The notes beneath the pieces are model-generated. The model ran no database searches. It was given only the letters and a program-made list of their open reading frames with translations, and was not told the origin of the DNA. The translations under genes were made by a program, and so were the position numbers. Below, one piece after another: positions 37,841-47,050 of a stretch of DNA of 64,000 bases (position 1 is the stretch's first letter; each line of letters starts with the position of its first letter). The stretch is from Sedimentisphaerales bacterium (GTDB lineage Bacteria; Planctomycetota; Phycisphaerae; Sedimentisphaerales; Anaerobacaceae): positions 480,001 through 544,000 of the forward strand of contig JAXGYC010000008.1 in NCBI GenBank assembly GCA_040772485.1. Direction: 5' to 3'.

Positions 37841-39382
37841 GTGAAACGCCTGGCAACCCTCACCGCAATCCTGTCCGCATACGCCCTGGCCACCGCCGGC
37901 GCCGCCGGGGCCGAGTCCAAGATGCCCACCAAGCCCTTCTTTCAAGCCATCAGCACCGCCGACGTCGATGAGGTCAGACTGCACATCGAGCGAGGTGTGG
38001 ATGTCAACAAAGAAGACGTCAGCCAGAATACGCCGCTCGGCACTGCGGTAGAAAACGGGCGCCTTGCGATTGTCCAGTTGCTGGTCGACGCCGGCGCCAA
38101 TGTCGCGACACCCAGTCGGGCAGGGCTCCCGTTGACCATGGCGGTGATCCGCGGCAACACGGACGTCGTCAAGTTCCTCGCGGAAAAGGGCGCCAATGTG
38201 AATATGGCGGACCCTCAAGGTGTGATCCCTCTGGTTGCCGCCGCCGAGAGCGGCTATCTCGATATCGTCGAGTTCCTCGTCTCCAAAGGCGCCAACGTCA
38301 ACGCCAAGGACCGGCGCGGCCAGACCCCGCTGAGCATCGCCATGGCGGGCCGCCACACCGAGGTTATGGCCCACCTTCGGCAGCATGGGGCCGAGGAACC
38401 CGTCAACCCGCTTGACATGCGCGCCTATGGTGGCAGGGGACCCCGCGTTCCGGGTGCGACAATGCCTGCCGGGGAGCCCGAACTCGATTCCGGGCCCGAC
38501 AGCACTACTGCGAACGTCCAGATTCTCGGAGATCCCAATGAGATCCGCGCCCGCGTCGCGGCCTTTCCCGGTCTGCCCGAGGCCGTCGCGGCTGTGGATG
38601 CCAACAGCGCCTCCGAGCAACGCAACTGGCGGCAGCGCCGTGCGGACAACCGCACGATGCTCATCCGCACGGTCGAGAAGCAGTTCGAGGAGGAGATGAC
38701 CTTCGTCAAGCGGATCGCCCAGAGCGAGAAGGCCGTCAAGACCACTGCCGCTGCCGACGATCTTGTCGCTCGGAGGAAAGCACGCTACAAGGTCATCTAC
38801 GAAGATCTGCGCGACGAAAGACGTGCGGAGATGCTCGAAGAGCGTGAGGCTATGGCCCGCTCGCGCACGACAGGACGCTCGCGCGGGCGCACCGGCATGA
38901 CAGATCCCATGCTCGGCCCCTCCGCCAACGACCCCTACGCAACGCCCATGCCTGCACGCCCGGCGCCCCGCGTTCGCGCTTCCGCAGATGCCAATGAACC
39001 GGCCCTTGACGCAGCGACTGAGAACCAACTCAACGCCTGGCTCGGCGCCGATCCGTTGGACAAACGCGAGCTTCTGGGCAGCGTTCATGCGATGGACCTG
39101 CGGGAGTACGACTCCTTGCGTCAGACCGCGGCCGACGAGGAAGCCAAGAAGACCGCCGCCGCGATCGAGGGACTCATGCTGGCCCGTCAGCAGCGCCTCA
39201 CGAGCATCACGGCCAAGATGGTCGAAGAGGATGAGCGGCTCCAGCGGCTGGAAGAGCGCGCCGGCGGAACGATGGCCCCCGGCGCGACCATGGCTCCGGG
39301 GACCACGCGCGGCCGAGGCGGTCGCGCTACCACCGGCCAGGAGGAAACCACCACGCAGCGCCGGGGCCGGCGATACCGATGA
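37841..39382 (+). CDS. Exported ankyrin-repeat protein with helical C-terminal region
   Basis: GTG start after GAGG; signal peptide; about four TPL..A...G...IV..LV..GANVN repeats; TGGTATAAT at 37754-37762. Confidence 0.85.
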   Translation: MKRLATLTAILSAYALATAGAAGAESKMPTKPFFQAISTADVDEVRLHIERGVDVNKEDVSQNTPLGTAVENGRLAIVQLLVDAGANVATPSRAGLPLTMAVIRGNTDVVKFLAEKGANVNMADPQGVIPLVAAAESGYLDIVEFLVSKGANVNAKDRRGQTPLSIAMAGRHTEVMAHLRQHGAEEPVNPLDMRAYGGRGPRVPGATMPAGEPELDSGPDSTTANVQILGDPNEIRARVAAFPGLPEAVAAVDANSASEQRNWRQRRADNRTMLIRTVEKQFEEEMTFVKRIAQSEKAVKTTAAADDLVARRKARYKVIYEDLRDERRAEMLEEREAMARSRTTGRSRGRTGMTDPMLGPSANDPYATPMPARPAPRVRASADANEPALDAATENQLNAWLGADPLDKRELLGSVHAMDLREYDSLRQTAADEEAKKTAAAIEGLMLARQQRLTSITAKMVEEDERLQRLEERAGGTMAPGATMAPGTTRGRGGRATTGQEETTTQRRGRRYR

Positions 39383-39863
39383 GCCATTCAGAGGGACCCT
39401 GCCCGCCTCCTTTGTTAGCGAGCTGGTGCGGGTCTACTATGTCTGTATTTATCCCGTGACGCCGGCTCCGCCGATTGGGCCGGTTCGCTGTAACCTGTGC
39501 AACAATCAATAGATACGCCTCCAGACCAGGCCGTCGCCGAGCGGCGGCCCGTGTGTGTGAAGATATCCGGGCATGCATGTGGCAGCGACACGCGCAGGCT
39601 TGCCGATGGCGACACGCGTGCCGACGAAGCGATCGGCAAACTCCGCCCTGCTCTCCGCCTGCGGTGGACCGCTGCCGCACATGGCGCTCAGTGCTGGAAG
39701 ACAGGCCTTGCCGCGAGATTCGCACAGACACCTTGGGGGCGTCGGCAGGCGATTCTGTTTGACTTCTCGGCGTGCCTCGATTCAACTATACTGCTCCGGT
39801 AGGGTTCCGAGCGTTGTGCGGATGCCTCTCTTAACGGAGCCAGGGTAGATTCTTGGGTGACGT

Positions 39864-40751
39864 ATGCTGACGGACAACATACTCGACTTGATCGGCAACA
39901 CGCCGTTGCTGCAGTTGCGTGGCGAGCGTATTTTTGCGAAGGCGGAATTTCTCAATCCCGGCGGCAGCATCAAGGATCGCGTCGCGGTGGCCATGCTCGA
40001 AGCGGCCAGACGCGACGGCAAGCTCGATCCCGACGCGATCATCACCGAGCCCACCAGCGGCAATACCGGCATCGGCCTTGCCCTGGTCGGTCGTCTCATG
40101 GGCTACCGCGTGCGGATCGTCATGCCGGAGGGAATGAGCGAAGAGCGAAAGAAGCTGATCCGCGGTCTCGGGGCGGATCTGGTGCTGATCCCGGACGAGG
40201 AGGGCATCGGCGGGGCGGTTCGCCACGTCGAGCAGATGGCGGCCGAAGACCCCCGGGTGTTCGTCCCGCAACAGTTCAAGAATCCGGCCAATCCTCGCGT
40301 CCATTACGAGCAAACCGCCCGCGAGTTGTGGCGTCAGATGAGCGCTGACATCCAGTGCTTCGTCGCCGGCGTCGGCAGCGGCGGCACCCTCCAGGGCGTC
40401 GGCAGCTTCCTGAAGGAGCAGAACAGCAATATCAAGATCGTCGCCGTCGAGCCGGAGAACCGCTCGGCCCTGCTCGGCCACGAACCGGGTCTGCACCAGA
40501 TTCAGGGCATTGGCGACGGATTCATACCGGACATCCTCGACGTGTCGATGATCGACGCGGTCATTGAGGTTTCCGACGAGGCCGCCATCGAAACGACACG
40601 CCAGCTCGGCCGCGACTTCGGCCTGCTCGTCGGCATCAGCTCCGGCGCCAACGTCTGGGCGGCCCGCAAGCTCATGCAGAGCCAACCCGGGAATATCGCC
40701 ACCGTGCTTCCGGACCGCGCTGAACGCTATTTCAGTACGGCCCTGCTTTAG
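39864..40751 (+). CDS. cysK: Cysteine synthase (O-acetylserine sulfhydrylase)
   Basis: IGNTPL, NPGGSIKDR, EPTSGNTG, HQIQGIG, GISSGA, ERYFST. Confidence 0.93.
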   Translation: MLTDNILDLIGNTPLLQLRGERIFAKAEFLNPGGSIKDRVAVAMLEAARRDGKLDPDAIITEPTSGNTGIGLALVGRLMGYRVRIVMPEGMSEERKKLIRGLGADLVLIPDEEGIGGAVRHVEQMAAEDPRVFVPQQFKNPANPRVHYEQTARELWRQMSADIQCFVAGVGSGGTLQGVGSFLKEQNSNIKIVAVEPENRSALLGHEPGLHQIQGIGDGFIPDILDVSMIDAVIEVSDEAAIETTRQLGRDFGLLVGISSGANVWAARKLMQSQPGNIATVLPDRAERYFSTALL

Positions 40752-40836
40752 CCGCTCCGCGTCCCATAACCCTCATCCTTCGCCGCATATCACGACCTAT
40801 TTTCCCAATCTGCCATATCTTGTCCTTGCTTTTCCG

Positions 40837-40865
40837 TTGACAGTGCAAGGCGACGTCTGTATCAG
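40837..40865 (+). promoter_or_regulatory. Putative sigma70 promoter upstream of the topA leader
   Basis: TTGACA-N17-TATCAG. Confidence 0.5.
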
Positions 40866-40884
40866 TCCAGTTCTAAATTTTGGC

Positions 40885-41038
40885 GCCCAAATGGCCGATA
40901 GGGAACTGACGTGCCCGCCGCGGAGCGAACTCCTTCGCACCGAGGCCAGTACAAGGGCTTCAGCAGGGGAAACCTCGGGAGCCCGGAACCGGCCGGTCAG
41001 CACGATCGTTTGTACGTGATCCAAGTGGGACCTTGGGC
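40885..41038 (+). ncRNA. Candidate structured RNA / 5' leader of topA (family not recognised)
   Basis: Nested complementary segments: GCCCAA/TTGGGC, CTGAC/GTCAG, GTGC/GCAC, GGAG-CGAA-CTCC, GGCC/GGCC, GGGCTTC/GGAGCCC, CACG/CGTG. Confidence 0.45.
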
Positions 41039-41050
41039 AAGATGTGAGAA

Positions 41051-43417
41051 ATGGCGAAATCAAACGCGCGAAAATCGCTGGTCATCGTCGAGTCGCCCGC
41101 AAAGGCCAAGACGATCAATCGTTATCTCGGTCCCGATTTCGAGGTCAAGGCCTCCATGGGGCACGTCCGCGATCTGCCCTCCAAGGGTCTCAACGTGGAC
41201 ATCGAGAACAACTTCGAGCCCACGTACGATATCATGCCGGGCAAGAAGCGTGTGGTCACCGCCCTCAAGGCGGCGGCCAAAAACTGCGACAAGCTCTATC
41301 TGGCAACCGACCTTGACCGCGAGGGGGAGGCCATCGCCTGGCATCTGGGCGAGATCCTCGGTTTTCCCGAAGACCGCACCTACCGGGTCATCTTCAACGC
41401 GATCACCAAATCGGCCATCAAGCAGGCCTTTGCCGAGCCGGGCCGGATCGACGCCGACAAGGTGATGGCCCAGCAGGCCCGCCGCATCCTCGACCGCATC
41501 GTCGGCTATCAGATCAGCCCGCTGCTGTGGAAGAAGGTCACGCGTGGCCTCTCGGCCGGACGTGTCCAGTCCGTCGCCGTCAAGATAATCGTCGAGAAAG
41601 AGCGTGAGATCCGCGCGTTCAAGGCCGAGGAATACTGGCTGATCCCGGCGGTCTTCACCACCGACCTGGCGGGCCGCTATCAGCAGCAGTGGCTCGACTT
41701 TATCGCCCCGAACGCCAAGGACGGCAAAGGGCCGAGCCTTGAGCAGCAGGGCGAATGGCTCGCTCAGCACCATGCATTCAAGGCCGAACTGCACAAGATC
41801 GGCGATCAGAAGTTCAAGGCGGGCAACGAGGAAGAGGCCCGCCGGGTCTTCGAGGACCTCCAGCGCGCCGAGTTCCGGATCGCGGACATCGAAACCAAGG
41901 AATCCGCGTCCAGGCCCTCGCCGCCATTCATCACCTCGACGCTCCAGCAGGCGGCGGCCAACCGCCTCGGATTCAGCGCCAAACGGACGATGTCGATCGC
42001 CCAGCAGCTTTACGAGGGCATCGACCTCGGTTCCATGGGCTCCCTCGGTCTGATCACCTACATGCGAACCGACAGCACGCACCTTTCGGGCGAGGCGGTC
42101 GGCGAGGTGCGCAACTTCATTCAGGGCCGCTTCGGGGGCGCGTATCTACCGGAGGAACCCAACTTCTACGCATCGAAGAAGACCGCCCAGCAGGCCCACG
42201 AAGCCGTCCGACCGACGGACGTCGATTTGACCCCGGATCAGATCAAGGAATTTCTCAACAACGAGCAGTACCGGCTCTACGATCTGATCTGGCGCCGCTT
42301 CGTCGCCTGCCAGATGCAGGCGGCCCGTTGGAACGTCACGACGCTCAACATCACGGCGCCGACCTCCGCCGGTGCTGCTGTATACAAGGCCAGCGGCCGC
42401 ATGCTCGTCTTCGACGGCTTCACGAAGGTCTGGCCGACCAATTCGAGCGAGCAGCAGTTGCCCGCGGTCCAGACCGGCCAGGCGCTGGCGGTGGTGGACA
42501 TCCGGCCGGAGCAGCACTTCACCAAGCCGCCGGCACGATACACCGAGGCCTCGCTCATCAAAGCCCTCGAGAAGGAGGGGATCGGCCGACCGAGCACCTA
42601 CGCGCCGATCATCAGCACGATTCAGGAGCGCGGCTACGTCGAGCAGAGAGACAAGAAATTCCACGCCACCGATCTGGGCGAGGTCGTCACCGGAAAGCTC
42701 GACGAGTACTTTCCCAGAATCATGGACATCGCCTTCACCCGCCACATGGAAGAGCAGCTCGACAAGATCGAAGAGCAGCACCTCAACTGGCAGGGCGTGC
42801 TCGGGGATTTTTATGGGCCTTTCAAACAGAATCTCGAAACCGCCCAGGAACGGATGACGCATGCCAAGGCCGAGTCGACGCCCAGCGAGTACACCTGTCC
42901 GGAGTGCGGCAAGCCCATGGTCTACCGCTTCGGCAAGAACGGTCGGTTCCTGAGCTGTTCGACGTACCCCGAGTGCAAGTTTGCCTGTCCCTGCGACAAA
43001 GAAGGCAAGATGCTCCGCGAGGAAGTCACCGAGCACAAGTGCCCCAAGTGCGGCAAACCGATGATCCGCAAGAACGGCCGCTACGGGGCCTTCCTCGGAT
43101 GCAGCGACTACCCCGAGTGCAAGACGACGCTGCGACTGGACAAGGAAGGCAACGCGATGCCGCCGAAACCTCAGGCAGAGCCCTCCGGCGTCAAGTGCCA
43201 CAAGTGCAAGCAGGGGGAGCTGGTCATCCGTCAAAGCAAGCGAGGCCCCTTCCTCGGCTGCAACCGCTTCCCGCGATGCCGGACGATCGTCGGCATCAAG
43301 CAGCTCGATCATCTCAAGGAACTCCAGGCGGCAGGGCAGTGGCCGCCGGACAGCCTCGAAAAGGCCGACGAGATCCTTGGCAGAGCCAAAGACAAGAAGA
43401 CGGCCGTGGCCAAGTGA
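41051..43417 (+). CDS. topA: DNA topoisomerase I
   Basis: LVIVESPAKAKTI, ATDLDREGEAI, SAGRVQS, ITYMRTDS, AHEAVRPT, C-terminal Zn ribbons. Confidence 0.97.
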   Translation: MAKSNARKSLVIVESPAKAKTINRYLGPDFEVKASMGHVRDLPSKGLNVDIENNFEPTYDIMPGKKRVVTALKAAAKNCDKLYLATDLDREGEAIAWHLGEILGFPEDRTYRVIFNAITKSAIKQAFAEPGRIDADKVMAQQARRILDRIVGYQISPLLWKKVTRGLSAGRVQSVAVKIIVEKEREIRAFKAEEYWLIPAVFTTDLAGRYQQQWLDFIAPNAKDGKGPSLEQQGEWLAQHHAFKAELHKIGDQKFKAGNEEEARRVFEDLQRAEFRIADIETKESASRPSPPFITSTLQQAAANRLGFSAKRTMSIAQQLYEGIDLGSMGSLGLITYMRTDSTHLSGEAVGEVRNFIQGRFGGAYLPEEPNFYASKKTAQQAHEAVRPTDVDLTPDQIKEFLNNEQYRLYDLIWRRFVACQMQAARWNVTTLNITAPTSAGAAVYKASGRMLVFDGFTKVWPTNSSEQQLPAVQTGQALAVVDIRPEQHFTKPPARYTEASLIKALEKEGIGRPSTYAPIISTIQERGYVEQRDKKFHATDLGEVVTGKLDEYFPRIMDIAFTRHMEEQLDKIEEQHLNWQGVLGDFYGPFKQNLETAQERMTHAKAESTPSEYTCPECGKPMVYRFGKNGRFLSCSTYPECKFACPCDKEGKMLREEVTEHKCPKCGKPMIRKNGRYGAFLGCSDYPECKTTLRLDKEGNAMPPKPQAEPSGVKCHKCKQGELVIRQSKRGPFLGCNRFPRCRTIVGIKQLDHLKELQAAGQWPPDSLEKADEILGRAKDKKTAVAK

Positions 43418-43465
43418 GCCCGGCATGCGCCTCTGTCGCCACCCTCGCGCCTCGCAATAGAAACA

Positions 43466-43530
43466 GAAAGGGAGCCCTGAGGGCCTCTGTGGGAGTCAGC
43501 CACAGAGCAGAGCCTCAGGACTCCCGTTTC
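43466..43530. terminator. Long imperfect hairpin between convergent genes (terminator or repeat)
   Basis: GGGAG-C-CCTGAGG / CCTCAGG-A-CTCCC and CTCTGTGG / CCACAGAG stems. Confidence 0.55.
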
Positions 43531-43573
43531 CGTCATCTTCGAATGATTGAGCGGCTTAGCGCGGTGATCGCCC

Positions 43574-44218
43574 CTACTGCAGCACCTGCTCAACCCTTTG
43601 CACCTGAGCAGTGCCGGCCTGAATGACTGTCATGACCGAGCCCACCGAACCAGCGCCGCCGCCGAGCGAGGAGTTCTGCGCAACGGCCAGACAGGAATCC
43701 TCCGCCACGGCTCCCATGACATTGTTTGCCGCCTGGCCCTGATTCAGCAGTACCGAGTTACTGGCGCCCGCTCCGCCCGGGCCCAGCTCCTTGGCCAGAG
43801 ACTGGGTGCCAATGACGCCGACGCCCTGACCCTGTCCAATCTGGCCGAGGCAACCAGAGATGCTCTGCACTTGCCCGGCGATCCCGCCGGTGCCGCCCAA
43901 GGCAGCCGCCGCGTCGATGCTGCCGACGGCAAGCCCCTGGTCCACCAGCAGACCGGCACACATCCCTGCCGCAAATCCGGTCTGATTGAGCATGCCATGG
44001 ATGCCCTGGCTGGCCGCCGTTCCGACGCCCGTAGCGATCTGATCATTGCCCACCAGCACATTCTGTGCCAGAGAGCCCGTGCCCGGCCCTTCCGGCAGAA
44101 CGATGGAGCCCGCCAGACTGGCGTCGAAATTGAAACCCTGAAAGATGTCGCCCAGCGCAAAAGCACTGGAGCCGATGAAGAGAACGACAATCGTCGAAAC
44201 TGCAATCGCCTTTACCAT
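43574..44218 (-). CDS. Secreted Gly/Ala/Gln-rich hypothetical protein with periodic Q-x7-Q strands
   Basis: AAAGGA SD; signal peptide MVKAIAVSTIVVLFIGSSAFA; few charged residues; repeated Gln-bounded segments. Confidence 0.75.
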   Translation of the reverse strand: MVKAIAVSTIVVLFIGSSAFALGDIFQGFNFDASLAGSIVLPEGPGTGSLAQNVLVGNDQIATGVGTAASQGIHGMLNQTGFAAGMCAGLLVDQGLAVGSIDAAAALGGTGGIAGQVQSISGCLGQIGQGQGVGVIGTQSLAKELGPGGAGASNSVLLNQGQAANNVMGAVAEDSCLAVAQNSSLGGGAGSVGSVMTVIQAGTAQVQRVEQVLQ

Positions 44219-45336
44219 GATTCGAATCCTTTCTACTGTTGTTGCCTTGGCTTACTTTCGGACCGCCAATCCCGAATTGGCGATCGAAAAACCAGTCAAA
44301 CGCTCCTTCGCATCACCTGCCGCGACAACCTCCTTCCTCCCCCTTGCTCCCGTGGAAACCATTCATCCATTCCTTCACCCCGGCGCGACCTCCTTTCTCC
44401 CCGCTCACGGTCGTTTCATCTTCAGGTTTCTTCTTACGCACCACCGCACCGATTGAGGCACGTCAATTCCACCAAGTTCCCCGCCCCACCGTCGTCCAGG
44501 GGATGCTTGTGCTGTTGTGAACCTCGGCGCGTACACACCCCGCTGGCAATCCTGCCTGCTCCGTTGAATGTGACGACCTCCACGGTACGTGCCGGGCAAG
44601 AACCCAAGCCCTTTGCGGCGAAACCTCTGCGTTTACAGACTGCGGCCTCCGTAGCATCCAGTGTCCTTGAGGCCGGCTCGATGGATGGACCTGAGCCAAG
44701 GTGGACGAGCTGCCCGACACCGATGAGCACGGCCTCGATTTCCTTATCGAGTACTGTCTCATCACCCTCCCGAAGGACCGCAACCAAGCAGGTGTGCGCA
44801 TTACCAGCCCGCCCTCGTTGTGCCACGGACGACCACCGTGACACCGCGAGTGGCGCGCGAGCGTGAATACCCTCAACCGCACAACCGACTCGGCCCGTCC
44901 TTCATCCTGTCGACAACACCGTCATCGCAGAAATGAAAACAGGCGATGGTAACCTCCGATTCCCCTTCTTCTCCGTAATCCGCCGGGGTCACGATCCTCC
45001 GTTCACCCAGCATCTCCAAAGGCGGATCTCGATGGTACCCGATAGTGTACGACCGAAGATGCGTTTGTCAAGTCTAAAGTTGGAAAAATCGGCTCTGGCA
45101 GCACGTGACATTCGCCTGCCGATGCCCCATGGCGGCTCCGCGGTGAACGGCCTGCTCCGACGCAAGCAACGTGGACTCGCCGGGTCCGGTTACGAAGCGC
45201 ACGACCTGCCCGCGCCGCAGGCAACGATCGCATGGCCCCCTCCGCCCCGGCGGTCAACGCGCTTGGCAAACCGGCGTCCCGCGTTATAATGGCGGCGTGT
45301 ATTGCGGCGTCGCGTTGCAGTGAGGTGGAACGGAAG

Positions 45337-45657
45337 ATGGCCAAGAACGAAGTCCCGGAACCGCAGCCCTTCGAGACCGTCGAGCCGATCGGCAAGCGGA
45401 TCCTCATCCGCAAGGACGAGGACAAGAAAGAAACCAAAGGCGGTATCCGGCTGCCCGACAACATCGAAATCCCGACGATCACGGGACGCATCGTCGCCGT
45501 CTCCGCCGAGGTCGAGAGCATGCCCGAGATCCCGCTGGCCCGATACGACAAGGTCCTGTTCAATCCCAAGGGGGCCATCCCCGTCGATTTCGAGGGCGAC
45601 AACCGCCTGTTCGTAGTGGAAGTCGAGAACGTCGTCGCGGTTTTTCGAAAGGCGTGA
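45337..45657 (+). CDS. GroES/Cpn10-like co-chaperonin (divergent)
   Basis: EPIGKRILIR, TKGGIRLPD mobile loop, GRIVAV, DKVLF. Confidence 0.8.
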   Translation: MAKNEVPEPQPFETVEPIGKRILIRKDEDKKETKGGIRLPDNIEIPTITGRIVAVSAEVESMPEIPLARYDKVLFNPKGAIPVDFEGDNRLFVVEVENVVAVFRKA

Positions 45658-45660
45658 ATC

Positions 45661-47049
45661 CTACCGGCGCCGGAGGACCGCGACGTAGGCTCCGTCATGG
45701 TCGAACGGTTCGGCACAAGGCAGCGCCAGCTCCTCACGCACCAGCGCAAAGCCGCTGTCGGCCGCAAGGAATCGCCCGACAAGGTCGCTGTTCTCCGCAG
45801 TCTGAATGCTGCACGTGCTGTAGCAGATCCTGCCGTTGTCCTTGAGCAGGGCTGCGGCCCTGGTCAACAAGGCGAGCTGTGTCCGGGCCAACTCCTCGAC
45901 TGAATCGGGGCGGACGCGGAATCGAACCTCCACCCGCCGGGCGAGCACGCCCGTGTTCGAGCAGGGCACGTCGAGCAATATCGCATCAAAAGGTCCGTGT
46001 TGTCCACATTCGATCTGGGCGCACGGGACCACGGTCACGCTGTGGCAGCCCAGCCTTGCGAGGTTCTCCGGCACTTTCTTCAGGCGTTCGGCGTCGACGT
46101 CGGTCGCCACGATCCGGGCGGCATCGCCCGTCCATTCGGCCAGTTGTGTCGTCTTCGTTCCCGGCGCAGCGCACAAATCGAGAATCGCCCAGCCCGGCTG
46201 AGGGTCCAGCACTCGCACGGCCCGGGAGGCGGACAGATCCTGCACGGTGAACCATCCCTCCGCGTAGCCGGGCAGTTGCGTGATCGCCTGCGGACCGAGC
46301 AGACGGATCATATCCGCCTCGGCAGAACCGTCCGCCGGCGGGACGACTTCGGCCTCGATGCCCGCCTCATGAAACCGCTCCATCAGATGCGCCGGACGGG
46401 TCTTGAGCGCATTGACCCGGACGTAGACGCTCGGCCTGCGGCTGGAGCCGAGGCAGATCTGGCGGGCGCGTTGCGCGCCGAACTCCTTGATCCACCCGGC
46501 GACGAGCCACTGAGGGATCGAGAAACACGCGCTCAAGTGGGCGGCCGGGTCCGAATTCGCGTCGGGCAGAAAGTCTGTGTCGAATTCGCAGCCGGTCTGG
46601 GGCGACTGCACGAGTATCCGCGCTGCCGTGGTCTCGTGAACCGGGGCCTCCCGAGCGACGATGTGCCGAACGACGCCACGCAGTACGGCATTGACGAACC
46701 CCGTTTGTTTGCCGCCCCCCTCGCTGCGGGCGCTCTTGACGGCTTCATCCACGATGGAATACACGGGCGTATCGGGGCTGTACGCCAGTTCGTAGACACC
46801 CACTCGAATAACAGCCAGCAGGGGCTTGTCGATCTGCCTGATGCGCCGGCCGGAGAACTGCTCAATGACCCTGTCGATGGCGAGGAGATTCCGGATCGTT
46901 CCGAACACCAGATCGGTGGCGCGCTGCTTCTGGTCCGTCTGCGGCAGGAGACGATCGAGGATCGGTCCGGCGTGCGCCCGCCCGGCGTCGAAGCGGCGGA
47001 GAACCTCGGCGGCGACGACGCGCGCCGATTTGGACCCCGGATCGGACAT
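45661..47049 (-). CDS. rsmB: 16S rRNA m5C967 methyltransferase RsmB (NusB-like + MTase)
   Basis: GFVNAVLR, VQD, LDLCAAPGTKT, LDVPCS, YSTCS; follows fmt. Confidence 0.92.
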   Translation of the reverse strand: MSDPGSKSARVVAAEVLRRFDAGRAHAGPILDRLLPQTDQKQRATDLVFGTIRNLLAIDRVIEQFSGRRIRQIDKPLLAVIRVGVYELAYSPDTPVYSIVDEAVKSARSEGGGKQTGFVNAVLRGVVRHIVAREAPVHETTAARILVQSPQTGCEFDTDFLPDANSDPAAHLSACFSIPQWLVAGWIKEFGAQRARQICLGSSRRPSVYVRVNALKTRPAHLMERFHEAGIEAEVVPPADGSAEADMIRLLGPQAITQLPGYAEGWFTVQDLSASRAVRVLDPQPGWAILDLCAAPGTKTTQLAEWTGDAARIVATDVDAERLKKVPENLARLGCHSVTVVPCAQIECGQHGPFDAILLDVPCSNTGVLARRVEVRFRVRPDSVEELARTQLALLTRAAALLKDNGRICYSTCSIQTAENSDLVGRFLAADSGFALVREELALPCAEPFDHDGAYVAVLRRR

Positions 47050-47050
47050 G

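Noticed and set aside
39383..39863. 480-bp gap before cysK as riboswitch or small gene
   Set aside because: Only a short TTGCCGAT/ATCGGCAA stem and a TAGGGTTCCG fragment; no full SAM, ykkC or T-box consensus; ORFs look random.
44590..44960. c-di-GMP-I-like (CGCAAAG) and fluoride-like (GGCGATGG) fragments
   Set aside because: The remaining conserved elements and pairings of both riboswitches are missing.
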